Shown here piece by piece: positions 27,674 to 37,538 of a DNA stretch of 64,000 nt (its first letter is position 1; the number at the start of each line of letters is the position of its first letter). The stretch comes from an uncultured Gemmatimonadales bacterium. GTDB lineage: Bacteria; Gemmatimonadota; Gemmatimonadetes; Longimicrobiales; RSA9. The notes under the pieces are model-generated. The model was given only the letters and a program-made list of their open reading frames with translations. It was not told where the DNA came from and ran no database searches. The stretch is taken from contig CAVUKA010000001.1 in NCBI GenBank assembly GCA_963741945.1, positions 1,024,001-1,088,000 of the forward strand. Reading direction: 5' to 3'. Made by a program: the position numbers and the translations under genes.

Positions 27674-28438
27674 CTGGACGCGCCGTCCACGCTCGCCGAG
27701 AAGTTCCACGCAGCCCGGAGCGAACGGGGGCTCGCGGTGATCGAAGGGCTCCACGCCCTCAAGCACGCCCTCCGCTTCCACGCCCGCGTGCTCGAGGTGT
27801 GGACCCCCGACCCGGCCGCCGTGGGGCGGCTGGCAGAGGAGCTCGCTCCGGATGTGGCGGACGAGATCCGTCGCCTGGCCCGACCACTGGATCGAGATGC
27901 GTTCGGTCGGCTGGCGCCATCGCCGCACCCCACCGGCATCATCGCGCTGGCCGAGCGCGCGACGTGGGGAGCACGGAGCGACGTCGGCGCAGAGGCGGCG
28001 CTCGGCCCGCCCGGACCCGCCCCCGTGGTCTTCCTCGATCGCCCGACCCACCACGGGAACATCGGCGCGGTGGTGCGGGTCGCGGCGGCCGCAGGGGCGG
28101 CGGGGGTGCTGGTGAGCGGCACGCACGACCCGTGGCATCCGGCAGCGCTGCGCGGCGGCGCGGGGCTCCAGTACGCGCTGCCCGTCACACGGGTGGACAC
28201 GCTGCCTGCCAGCGACCGCCCAATCGTGGCGCTGGATCCGGCCGGCGAGCCGCTGTCGGCGCCGCTACCGCCGCGGGCGGTGCTCGTGTTCGGCTCGGAG
28301 CGCACGGGCATCTCGCCCGCACTGCTGGAGCGGGCCGGGCGCGCGGTTTCCATCCCCATGCGCGCCGGCGTCTCCAGCCTCAACCTCGCCACGTCCGTGG
28401 CCGTGGTCCTCTACACCGGGTTCCGGATCGAGCCGTGA
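27674..28438 (+). CDS. TrmH/SpoU family RNA methyltransferase
   Basis: IEGLHALKHA, GNIGAVVR, FGSERTG, IPMRAGVSSLNLATS; start uncertain. Confidence 0.85.
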   Translation: MDAPSTLAEKFHAARSERGLAVIEGLHALKHALRFHARVLEVWTPDPAAVGRLAEELAPDVADEIRRLARPLDRDAFGRLAPSPHPTGIIALAERATWGARSDVGAEAALGPPGPAPVVFLDRPTHHGNIGAVVRVAAAAGAAGVLVSGTHDPWHPAALRGGAGLQYALPVTRVDTLPASDRPIVALDPAGEPLSAPLPPRAVLVFGSERTGISPALLERAGRAVSIPMRAGVSSLNLATSVAVVLYTGFRIEP

Positions 28439-28442
28439 GGCG

Positions 28443-30884
28443 TCATTCCGTCTTGAGCGCCCGGACCGGGTCCACGGACGCGGCGCGGCGCGCGGGCAGC
28501 CACGTGGCCAGGCCGGCGGCGCCGAGAAGGACCGCGACGACCACGGCGAACGCCAGCGGGTCGGCGCCCGAGCCGCTGTAAAGGAGGCCACCCACCACGC
28601 GCGCGGCCGCCATGGCCAGGGCGAGCCCCACAACGGCGCCCAGGGCCACGATGGTCATCCCCTGCCGGACGACGAGCATCACCACCTGCCGCCTCGCCGC
28701 GCCCAGTGCAACGCGGATCCCGATCTCCCGGGTGCGCTGCGCCACGGAGTACGCCATGACGCCGTAGATGCCGATGGCGGCCAGGAACAGCCCCAGCAGC
28801 CCGAAGATCCCGAGGACGATCCCGCCCACACGCGCGGGGAGCATCGCGTAGCTGAGGTGCGCGCTCATGGTGCGGACGTCGTAGAGCGGGAGTGTGGGAT
28901 CGAGGTCGCGGACCAGCGTCCGCAGCCGTGGAGCCAGCGGCTCGGGCGGTCCGGCCGTTCGCACGTGCAGCACCAGCTCGGTCTCGTGGTACTGCGGGAG
29001 CGCCAGGTACATGTAGGAGAGCGGGTCCTCCCCCAGCCGCCGGTACTTCCCGTTCGGCACGACGCCCACGACCTCGTGGTCCCCCCGATCGCCGATCTCG
29101 AGCCGTTTCCCGACGGCGTCCTCGCCCGGCCAGAAGCGGGAGGCGAAGCGCTCGTTGACCACCACCACCGCGGGCGCGGCCTCGTCGTCCTGAGCCTCGA
29201 TGCCGCGGCCCCGGAGGATCGGGATGCCCATGGCCTCGAAGTAGCCGTCGCTTACCACATTGAAATCGATGGACAGGAACTCGCCCGGCGCGGGCTCGTA
29301 GCCCGGCACCGCGATGTCCCGCTGCTGGGAGGAGAGGCCCATGGGCACGACCTCCGCCAGCCCCGCCGCCTGCACCTCGGGCCACGTCCGGACGCGCTGG
29401 AGCAGGTCGTGGAAGAACGCGTCACTCCTCGCCTGCGGGTAGCCCTGGAGGCCGGGGTCCATGCCCGCGAGGAGCAGGTTGTCGGCCTGGAATCCCTTGT
29501 CCAGCGATGTCGCCTGCTGGAGGTTGTGCAGGAACAGACCCGCGCTCACGAGCAGGACCAGCGAGAGGGCCACCTGGATGCCCACGAGGGTGCGGGTGGC
29601 CCGGGAGCGGGAGGCGCCCCGTCGCCCGGCATCCCCCTTGAGGGCCGTGACCAGGGAGGGGCGCGACGCGACCACGGCGGGTGCGAGCCCGAAGAGCACG
29701 CCGGTGATCACGGCCGCGGCCAGCGTGAACAGGAGCACGGGCGCGCTCAGGGTGATCCCGAACTCCACGGGGAAGTCGGTGGGCAGCCGGATGCCGTTGA
29801 GCACCCGGACCGTGATCCACGCGAGGACGAGGCCGGCCAACCCGGCCATGAGGGAGAACAGGAGCGCCTCGGTGAGCAGCTGGCGAATGATCCGTCCGCG
29901 GGGCGCGCCGATGCTCAGCCGGATTCCCATCTCCCGCTCCCTGTCCCGGGCGCGGGCCAGGAACAGGTTGGCCACGTTGACGCAGGCCAGCAGCAGGAGC
30001 ATGGCGACCACGCCCATGATGAGCATGGGCATGGTCCGCTGGGCGTCGCCGAGTCCCGGGTGGATGACCACGTCCGACTGGGGCACCACCAGGATCCCGT
30101 TGTTCTCGTAGCTGTCCGGGTAGCGCTCGCGGAGGCCGGCGACGAGCGTTTCCATGGCCGCCCGGGTCTGGCCGACCGTGACGCCGGGCTTCAGCCGGGC
30201 CACCACCGTGAGGAAGTTCCAGCCGCGCTTCTGGATCGCGTTTGTGCCCGGCATCAGCGCCGGCTGCATCATGAGCGGCGCATAGAGATCGGGCGAAATG
30301 GCGGGCATGGCGCCGCGGAAGCCGGCTGGCGCCACGCCCACGACCTGGTAGACGCGGCCATTGACCGTGATCTCCCGCCCCACCACGCCGGGATCCGACG
30401 CGAAGCGGCGCCGCCAGAGCCCATGCCCCAGGACCACGACCGGGTGCTCCCCCTCCCCGACATCTTCCTCCGGCAGGAATCCGCGCCCGGGCGCCGGGCG
30501 GACGCCGAACACCCGGAAGAAGTCCGCCGAGACCAGCGCCCCCATGACCCGCTCGTTCTCCCCGCCCGCGCTCAGGCTCATGGGGATGAACGTCCAGGCG
30601 GTGACATCGCTGAAGACCTGGCTCTCTTCCTTGATGCTGAAGAAGTGCGGGATCGAGCTGGAGCCGTAGGGCAGGTCGTCGCCCCACTGGCGGTAGAGCT
30701 GGACCAGGCGGTCGGGGGCTTCCGCGCCGGGGAGCGGCCGGAGCACCAGCGCCCAGATGGCGCTGAACACGGCGGTGTTCAGCCCGATGCCCAGGGCGAG
30801 GGTGAGGACGGCGGCGGCGGTGAAGCCGACATTCTTCCGCAGCATGCGGAGGGCGAAGCGCACATCGTGCCGCAGCGCGTTCAT
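28443..30884 (-). CDS. ADOP/MacB-like duplicated ABC permease
   Basis: DVRFALRMLRKN.GFT, LLLACVNVANL, QRTREIGIRVALGA, PARRAASVDP. Confidence 0.9.
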   Translation of the reverse strand: MNALRHDVRFALRMLRKNVGFTAAAVLTLALGIGLNTAVFSAIWALVLRPLPGAEAPDRLVQLYRQWGDDLPYGSSSIPHFFSIKEESQVFSDVTAWTFIPMSLSAGGENERVMGALVSADFFRVFGVRPAPGRGFLPEEDVGEGEHPVVVLGHGLWRRRFASDPGVVGREITVNGRVYQVVGVAPAGFRGAMPAISPDLYAPLMMQPALMPGTNAIQKRGWNFLTVVARLKPGVTVGQTRAAMETLVAGLRERYPDSYENNGILVVPQSDVVIHPGLGDAQRTMPMLIMGVVAMLLLLACVNVANLFLARARDREREMGIRLSIGAPRGRIIRQLLTEALLFSLMAGLAGLVLAWITVRVLNGIRLPTDFPVEFGITLSAPVLLFTLAAAVITGVLFGLAPAVVASRPSLVTALKGDAGRRGASRSRATRTLVGIQVALSLVLLVSAGLFLHNLQQATSLDKGFQADNLLLAGMDPGLQGYPQARSDAFFHDLLQRVRTWPEVQAAGLAEVVPMGLSSQQRDIAVPGYEPAPGEFLSIDFNVVSDGYFEAMGIPILRGRGIEAQDDEAAPAVVVVNERFASRFWPGEDAVGKRLEIGDRGDHEVVGVVPNGKYRRLGEDPLSYMYLALPQYHETELVLHVRTAGPPEPLAPRLRTLVRDLDPTLPLYDVRTMSAHLSYAMLPARVGGIVLGIFGLLGLFLAAIGIYGVMAYSVAQRTREIGIRVALGAARRQVVMLVVRQGMTIVALGAVVGLALAMAAARVVGGLLYSGSGADPLAFAVVVAVLLGAAGLATWLPARRAASVDPVRALKTE

Positions 30885-31069
30885 GGGTCACGTCGCAGAG
30901 AAAGGGAGCTGCCAGGCTGCCGTTGCCGGGACTCCCTACGTGGGGGCGCGGCGGGAAGATTCGCCCGGTGCGGGCATGGGGCCAACGGGCGGCCGCCGGC
31001 CTCCAGGTTGCATGGGCCACGCTGGCGGAGTGAAGCGCCGGACCGTCGACCCGAACCGTGAGCGCGAAC

Positions 31070-32038
31070 ATGGGAAGCAGGAACCGGAGCCCGTCGATGC
31101 TGATCCTCCTGCTGGCGGCCGCTGTCCCCGCGGCGTGCGGCGGCGACACCGGGGGCGGGGCGGCCACTCCCGCCAGCGACACCGCGGCCGGTGCGAGCAC
31201 GAATGACACGCCCGGTGAGTCCATCACCATCGAGGATGTGGGGTTCGAGACGCCCGAGTCCGTCCTCTACGACGAGGAGGCCGGCGTGTACCTGGTCTCC
31301 AACGTGAACGGTGGGCCGCTGGACCACGACGACAACGGGTTCATCTCGCGCGTGGATCCGGACGGCACGGTGAAGGAGCTGCGCTGGGTGGACGCCCAGG
31401 CGCGGGAGGACGTGCGGCTGGACGCGCCCAAGGGAATGGTGTTGAAAGGCGACACCCTGTTCGTGGCGGACATCGACACGGTGCGGGCGTTTCAGCGCGA
31501 GACCGGCGATCCGCTGACCGCCCGGGCGGTGCCCGGGGCGACGTTCCTGAACGACATGGCCGCGGGGCCCGACGGGACGGTCTACGTGTCGGACAGCGGC
31601 GCAGGCTCGGACTCCGCCGGCTCCGGCGCGGGTGCGATCTGGGCCATGGAGTCCACGGGCCCGCGTGAGGTGGTCAGCGGCGCGGGACTGGCGCGCCCCA
31701 ATGGCATCACGGTGGCCGCGGACACCCTCTTCTACGTCACCATGGCGGCAGCCGAGCTCCGTCGCGTGCCCACGGCCGGCGGCGCCGCGCCGGAGGTCGT
31801 GGCCACGCTGCCGGGTGGGCAGCTGGATGGATTGGTCCGGCTGGACGACGGCTCGTTCCTGATCTCGAGCTGGGAAGCGCAGGCGGTGTTCCGCGTACGG
31901 GAGAGCGGCGGAGCGCCGGAGCGCGTGGTGGACGACGTGCCATCCCCGGCCGGGATCGGCTGGGACGGAAGGCGCAGCCGGGTGCTCATCCCGATCTTCA
32001 CCGGCGACCGCGTGGAGATCCGGACGCTGCCGCGCTGA
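31070..32038 (+). CDS. SMP-30/gluconolactonase-like beta-propeller lipoprotein
   Basis: Lipobox PAAC, TPESVLYD, APKGM, FLNDM, PNGI, LDGL. Confidence 0.8.
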   Translation: MGSRNRSPSMLILLLAAAVPAACGGDTGGGAATPASDTAAGASTNDTPGESITIEDVGFETPESVLYDEEAGVYLVSNVNGGPLDHDDNGFISRVDPDGTVKELRWVDAQAREDVRLDAPKGMVLKGDTLFVADIDTVRAFQRETGDPLTARAVPGATFLNDMAAGPDGTVYVSDSGAGSDSAGSGAGAIWAMESTGPREVVSGAGLARPNGITVAADTLFYVTMAAAELRRVPTAGGAAPEVVATLPGGQLDGLVRLDDGSFLISSWEAQAVFRVRESGGAPERVVDDVPSPAGIGWDGRRSRVLIPIFTGDRVEIRTLPR

Positions 32039-32114
32039 TCCCGGGCGACACGCCTGCGGCGGCCGCGGGCGGTGTGCGGCTCGCGAGGGCCTCTGCGGCA
32101 CGTGGGGCCGGCCG

Positions 32115-33434
32115 TCAGGTATGGAACCCTCGGGCGCCTCCCGCACCGGTCACCCGCGCCGGCGCTGAGGCGGGGGACGCGAAGAACGCGGCGGATCCGC
32201 GCTCCGGGAACGCTTCGCGGTATGCGCGCTCCCATTCGATGAGGAAGTCGCCGGCATCCGGTTCCCGGACCAGCGCCCAGACCGAGCCGCCGAACCCCGC
32301 GCCGAACGGGGATGCGGCCGGAGCGCCGATCCGGCGGGCGAGTGCGGTCAGCGCCACGGTCTCCGCGACCTGGTTCCCGAGGAGCTCGGCACCCACGACG
32401 GCAGAGTGGTTGACCGCGTCCGCGAACGCCGCCAGGTCCCGGGCTTCCAGCGCCCGGAAAGCCGCCCGCACGAGTCCGCACTCCTCCAGGAAGTGCCCGG
32501 CCCGGCGGAGGAGCGGACGTTCGTCGAGGCCCAGCCGGGGCGCGCCGTGGCGGATCGCTTCCAGCACGGAAGCCGCGTCCTCGCCGGCTTCCAGCGCGCT
32601 TCCGAGCGACCATGCATTCCTTGCCCCGGCCTCACCGCCACCCCGGACCCGCACGCTGCCGTCGCCCGTTCCCGTGGGGAGCGCGTCCGCGTCGACGCGA
32701 CCGCTCCCCACCGCCCACGCCAGCCCGGCGTCGGCGGCCATGTCGCTGAGGCGGTTGAACCGCTGCCGCACGGCGCCGCCCTTGTCCGCCACGACACCGC
32801 TCACCCCCACGGCGAACAGCCATCCTTCGGGCACGGGCGCACTGTCCAGACCGCGGAAGGGAGCCAGCCCGAAGCGCACGACATGGCCCGCCCGGGCGCA
32901 CAGGATCGCCGTGTGGTCCTCGCTCCCGCCGCGCGTGCCCACCTCCCCGCCCCGCTCCACGCTCGCCAGCCACCCCGCCAGCGCTTCCCGGTCCGGCACG
33001 GCCGCGCGGAAGTCCGGCCGCTCCGAAACGGCCCAGACTTCGTCCAGGCCGAGGAACACCGCCGTCAGGAGAGCGCTCGAGCTGCCCAGCCCGGCGGCGG
33101 GGGGAAGGGACGAGCGGAAGCTCAGCCGGGCACCGCCGGCCGGCGCATCGCCGAGGGCGGCGAGCAGCCCCGACACCACGGCTTCCACGTACCGGGACCA
33201 GCCCGGCCCCGCTCCGGCCGGGCGAGCAGCGGCGGGGGCGGCGCCACGCACGAGGACCACGCGGACTTCCTCGCCGCTCTCTTCCGCCCGTACCATGACC
33301 GCGCGACCATCCGCCGGCTCGGCCTCCAGGGTGAATCCGCGGTCCACGGCCACGAGCAGCGCCGGGCCGCCCGCGTAGTCCGTGTGCTTGCCGAGGAGCT
33401 CGATGCGCCCGGGCACGATGACGCGGGCGCTCAC
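32115..33434 (-). CDS. Galactokinase-family (GHMP) sugar kinase
   Basis: PGRIELLGKHTDY, PPAAGLGSSSA, FGAGFGGS; GTGA coupling. Confidence 0.85.
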   Translation of the reverse strand: MSARVIVPGRIELLGKHTDYAGGPALLVAVDRGFTLEAEPADGRAVMVRAEESGEEVRVVLVRGAAPAAARPAGAGPGWSRYVEAVVSGLLAALGDAPAGGARLSFRSSLPPAAGLGSSSALLTAVFLGLDEVWAVSERPDFRAAVPDREALAGWLASVERGGEVGTRGGSEDHTAILCARAGHVVRFGLAPFRGLDSAPVPEGWLFAVGVSGVVADKGGAVRQRFNRLSDMAADAGLAWAVGSGRVDADALPTGTGDGSVRVRGGGEAGARNAWSLGSALEAGEDAASVLEAIRHGAPRLGLDERPLLRRAGHFLEECGLVRAAFRALEARDLAAFADAVNHSAVVGAELLGNQVAETVALTALARRIGAPAASPFGAGFGGSVWALVREPDAGDFLIEWERAYREAFPERGSAAFFASPASAPARVTGAGGARGFHT

Positions 33435-34231
33435 GGGCCGGTCGCCAGCAGGCGCTCCAGCGCGGGGATGTCCTGGCGGCGGGAAAGGTCCAGCACGCCA
33501 GCGCGCACGTGGAGCACCCGAAACAGCGCGCCACGAGACATGGCGAGCGCCACCGCGTCGGGCAGCTCGAGTTCTCCGCGGGGCGAAGGGCCGATCTGGC
33601 GGCACGCGTCGAAAATGGAGTGGTCGAACCTCCACGCCGTCATGCTCACCGGCGCGGCGGCCATCCGCGCTGCCACGTCCGGCCCGGGCTTCTCGACGAT
33701 CTCGACCAGGACGCCATCGCGCTCCTCGATGAGCGCGAACGCCGCAACGCGGCCGGCCGGGATGTTCGATTCCCGCACCAGAGTCTCCCGGTCGAATGCG
33801 GCCAGGCCCGGGCCACCGAGCTCGCGCAGACCGCGCAGGACACTGGCCGGGTAGAGGTTGTCGGCGTTGATGACGACGAAGGGCGCCCCGCCCACCACCG
33901 CCTCCGCCGCGAGCACGGCGTCCGCTCCGCCCCGCGGCTCCGCCTGCACGGCGAACCGGAGCCGGAGCGGCGTCTGGAGAGCTTCTGCCGCCCGGCGGAC
34001 CGGGTCGGCGTCGCCGGGCTGATCAGGCCCGACCACCAGGCACGCCTCGTCGAATCCCGCGGCGACCGCCTCGCCCAGGACATGGGCGAGGAACGGTCTC
34101 CCGCCGAGCGGAACCAGCGTCTTCAGCCCCCGTTCCGCCGCCGCGGCCTGCGCCGCCGTGAGCGGGACATCGGCGGCCTCCCGCATACGCGTTCCGCGGC
34201 CGGCGGCGAGCACCACCAGCATGGGGCTCAC
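33431..34231 (-). CDS. Sugar-1-phosphate nucleotidyltransferase family
   Basis: LAAGRGTRMR, QAEPRGGADAV, INADN, EKP, SPRGELELPDAV. Confidence 0.85.
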   Translation of the reverse strand: MSPMLVVLAAGRGTRMREAADVPLTAAQAAAAERGLKTLVPLGGRPFLAHVLGEAVAAGFDEACLVVGPDQPGDADPVRRAAEALQTPLRLRFAVQAEPRGGADAVLAAEAVVGGAPFVVINADNLYPASVLRGLRELGGPGLAAFDRETLVRESNIPAGRVAAFALIEERDGVLVEIVEKPGPDVAARMAAAPVSMTAWRFDHSIFDACRQIGPSPRGELELPDAVALAMSRGALFRVLHVRAGVLDLSRRQDIPALERLLATGP

Positions 34232-36099
34232 CCGTCCTCCGCCCCCGGGATCCGACCGTTCGGGGGGCCTTCCCCGCCGGGCGGCGGCCCCCATCGCTCC
34301 GGTCCACCCCGCCCCGCGACCGACCCCCAGATGCGGGCCAGTGCTATGCCGCTCATGATCGCCACCAGCGTGAGCACCGAAGCCGGGACCGAACGGCCGT
34401 AGATCCAGTAACCCACGGCGAACAGGGCCGAGTACACCGTCAGACAGCCAGCCACCATGGCAAGGATGCCGCGCGGAACGGTCCAGTCTCCATCCGGGTC
34501 CGGGAGCGGCTCGCCGGCCGCCGCCGCGCGTTCGGCCACCGCCCGCCACCCGGGTCCGCCGGGGCGGGCGATCCGATAGAAGCGACGCAGCGTGGCGTCG
34601 CCGGTGGGGCGGGTCGCGAACGTCACCAGCACCCACGCCGCAGTGGTGATGAGCACGCCCGCCACGAGCTTGAGCGAGGGCGCGACCACGAGCCCGGGGA
34701 TGAGCCGGGGCTGGATGATCTCGAACCAGAGCGCGACGGCGAAGCTCACGACCATGGCCGTGATCTCGCCGTACGCGTTGATGCGCCACCAGAACCAGCG
34801 GAGGATGAAGAGCAGGCCCGTTCCAGCGCCCACCTGCAGGAGTATCTGGAAAGCCCGATACGCGTTCTGGAGCCAGAGCGTGAGTGCGGCGGCGAGGACC
34901 ATGAGGAGGACCGTCGTCGCCCGACCCACGGTCACGAGCGTCCGTTCGCTCGCCTCCGGGTCGACGAACCGGCGCCAGAAGTCGTTGACGACGTAGCTGG
35001 AGCCCCAGTTCAGGTGCGTGGACATGGTGGACATGTACGCCGCAGCCAACGACGCCACGACGAGTCCCAGGAGCCCGGCCGGCAGGAAAGTGAGCATGGC
35101 CGGGTAGCCCAGGTCGTGCCCGAGGATGCCCGGCTCGATGGCCGGGAACGCCTGCTGGATGGAGTCCAGCGTCGGGAACACCACCAGCGACGCGAGCCCC
35201 ACCAGGATCCACGGCCATGGCCGGAGCGCGTAGTGCGCCGCGTTGAAGAAGAGCGTGGCCGCCGTGGCATCCGTCTCATCGCGCGCGGAGAGCATCCGCT
35301 GCGCGATGTAGCCACCGCCGCCGGGCTCGGAGCCGGGATACCACACGCTCCACCACTGCACCGCGAGCGGGATCACGAACAGCGGAACGAACGCGGTCGG
35401 ATCGTGGAAGTCCGGGAGGATGGACAGGCGCGTGGCGACAGCCGGGTTCGCGAACAGGCCGTGCAACCCGCCCACCTGCGGGAGCCGCACCGCCACCACG
35501 GCGGCGGCCACCGATCCTGCCATGGCGGTGATGAACAGGAGGAAATCGGTGAGCAGCACCCCCGTCAGCCCGCCCAGAGCGCTGAACAGCACGGTCACGC
35601 CCCCCGCCACCACCAGGGTCATGACCGGGGACACCCCCAGCAGCACGCGCCCGATCTTCACCGCGGCCAGTGAGACCGTGGCCATGATCATCACGTTGAA
35701 GAACACGCCCAGGTAGAGGGCGCGGAAGCCACGCAGGAACGCCGCGGGCGCGCCGCCGTAGCGGATCTCGTAGAACTCCAGGTCCGTCATGACGCCCGCG
35801 CGCCGCCACAGCTTGGCGTAGACGAAGACGGTGAGCATCCCCGTGAGCAGGAACGCCCACCACACCCAGTTCCCCGACACGCCCCCCTGACGGACGATGT
35901 CCGTCACCAGGTTCGGCGTGTCCGTGGAGAACGTGGTGGCCACCATGGACGTCCCGAGCAGCCACCACGGCATGCTGCGGCCGGAAAGGAAGAACTCGCC
36001 GGTGTCGCGGCCGGCTCGCCGTGCCGCCCACAGCCCGATGGCCAGAGCGATGGCGAAGTAGAGGGCGACAATGAGCCAGTCGAGGGGGGCGAGGCGCAT
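34228..36099 (-). CDS. Sodium:solute symporter
   Basis: FFLSGRSMPWWLLGTSMVATTF, QRMLSAR, AAYMSTMST. Confidence 0.9.
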   Translation of the reverse strand: MRLAPLDWLIVALYFAIALAIGLWAARRAGRDTGEFFLSGRSMPWWLLGTSMVATTFSTDTPNLVTDIVRQGGVSGNWVWWAFLLTGMLTVFVYAKLWRRAGVMTDLEFYEIRYGGAPAAFLRGFRALYLGVFFNVMIMATVSLAAVKIGRVLLGVSPVMTLVVAGGVTVLFSALGGLTGVLLTDFLLFITAMAGSVAAAVVAVRLPQVGGLHGLFANPAVATRLSILPDFHDPTAFVPLFVIPLAVQWWSVWYPGSEPGGGGYIAQRMLSARDETDATAATLFFNAAHYALRPWPWILVGLASLVVFPTLDSIQQAFPAIEPGILGHDLGYPAMLTFLPAGLLGLVVASLAAAYMSTMSTHLNWGSSYVVNDFWRRFVDPEASERTLVTVGRATTVLLMVLAAALTLWLQNAYRAFQILLQVGAGTGLLFILRWFWWRINAYGEITAMVVSFAVALWFEIIQPRLIPGLVVAPSLKLVAGVLITTAAWVLVTFATRPTGDATLRRFYRIARPGGPGWRAVAERAAAAGEPLPDPDGDWTVPRGILAMVAGCLTVYSALFAVGYWIYGRSVPASVLTLVAIMSGIALARIWGSVAGRGGPERWGPPPGGEGPPNGRIPGAEDG

Positions 36100-36182
36100 G
36101 GGGGTGCAGTTTCGGCGGCGGCGGGCGTTGGCGCAACGGCTTCGAGGGTCGATCCGCCCGCCGGCTGGGGCGCGAGGGGCCT

Positions 36183-37280
36183 TTACGGGCCGGTGCGGGT
36201 GTCCACGTCCTCGAGGAACCGGATCAGGCCGGTGAACCAGGTGGCCTGATCGTCGTACATGTCGAGGTGGCTGCCGTTCGGCGCGTACAGGAACCGCCCG
36301 TGCTGCACCTGCCCCGCCATCCACCTCATGTAGTCCGGGTCCATGGTGTCGTAGCGGGAGCCGATCACGAGCGTGGGGACGCGGATGTCCTGCAGGTCGG
36401 CGGAGCGGTCCCAGTCCTCGAGCGTGCCGCTGATTCCCAGCTCGCTGGGGCCCTGCATGCGCACGTAGATGTCGGGGTTGAGGTGGCTCATGGCCCGCAT
36501 CACCGGCTCGGGCCACTGGTCGGGCGGCATGCGCAGCACGTGTTTCGTGTAGTGGCTGGGCATGAGGAGCGCCATGTAGCGCGGGTCGTCCGTCCGGCCG
36601 GACTCCTCGAGCGCCAGGATCTGCCGGAGCGTGTCCTGGTTCATGGCCGGCATCAGGACCTCGTGGGCGTAGCGGTCGTACGCCGGCGCGCTGGCCATCA
36701 TGTTGGAGATGATCAGCCCCTTCAGGTTCTTCTGGTACTTGAGCGCGTACTCCATGGCCAGGATGCCGCCCCAGGAGTGGCCCAGGAGGAAGAAGTTCGT
36801 GGAGTCGAGACCGAGCGCCTTCCGCACCTGCTCCACCTCCTCCACGAAGCGCGGGATGTTCCAGAGCGTGGTGTCATCGGGCTGGTCGCTGTACGCCGAG
36901 CCCAGCTGGTCGTAGTAGTAGTATTCAACCCCCGCCGTCGGCAGCCAGGAATCGGCGCCCTCGAAGTACTCGTGCGTGAGCCCCGGGCCGCCGTGCAGGA
37001 GCAGCAGCTTGATCCGGGGGTTGTTCCCCACCCGCTTGGTCCACACGCGGAACGTACCCGACGGCGTCTCGATGGGGATCATCCGCACGCCGCCACCCAG
37101 GACGGCCGAGTGCGGCTGCCCCGCAGTGTCGAAGTACTCGTGGAGCGTGGGCGGCGACGCCGGGCCGGGCCGGCCTCCGGCCTGCGCGGCCGCCGGGGCC
37201 GCGCCGGGCAGCGGGGCGAGGACGGTGGCGGCGCCCACAATGGCCGTCCGGATGAGCGCGCGGAGGTGCGAGCGGTGCAC
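36183..37280 (-). CDS. Secreted proline iminopeptidase-family (S33) hydrolase
   Basis: Signal peptide, LHGGPG, YDQLG, GHSWGG. Confidence 0.9.
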   Translation of the reverse strand: MHRSHLRALIRTAIVGAATVLAPLPGAAPAAAQAGGRPGPASPPTLHEYFDTAGQPHSAVLGGGVRMIPIETPSGTFRVWTKRVGNNPRIKLLLLHGGPGLTHEYFEGADSWLPTAGVEYYYYDQLGSAYSDQPDDTTLWNIPRFVEEVEQVRKALGLDSTNFFLLGHSWGGILAMEYALKYQKNLKGLIISNMMASAPAYDRYAHEVLMPAMNQDTLRQILALEESGRTDDPRYMALLMPSHYTKHVLRMPPDQWPEPVMRAMSHLNPDIYVRMQGPSELGISGTLEDWDRSADLQDIRVPTLVIGSRYDTMDPDYMRWMAGQVQHGRFLYAPNGSHLDMYDDQATWFTGLIRFLEDVDTRTGP

Positions 37281-37538
37281 GGCTGGACTCCGGCTAGAGG
37301 GAGAGAGGTGTGCCGTTTCAGACTAGGCCCGGCGCGCGGGAGCCGGCAAGTGCGGGCTTCGTGGCTCCGTGGCTTCATGTGAGCCTCCGGTGGCCCTGCG
37401 CGGTCCTCAGCGCCCCACGGACCGCCCGACCGACCGGCGGCACCCTTCCCGGCGGCACTTCCTTGCGCGCGCGCCCCCGGGTCGGCAACCTACGCGACGA
37501 GCCATCGAAATCCCGTCCCGGACAAACGGATAGACGCC

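Noticed and set aside
28443-30884. Orphan ABC permease without ATPase as a novelty
   Set aside because: ADOP-type orphan permeases are a known expanded family in Acidobacteriota and Gemmatimonadota
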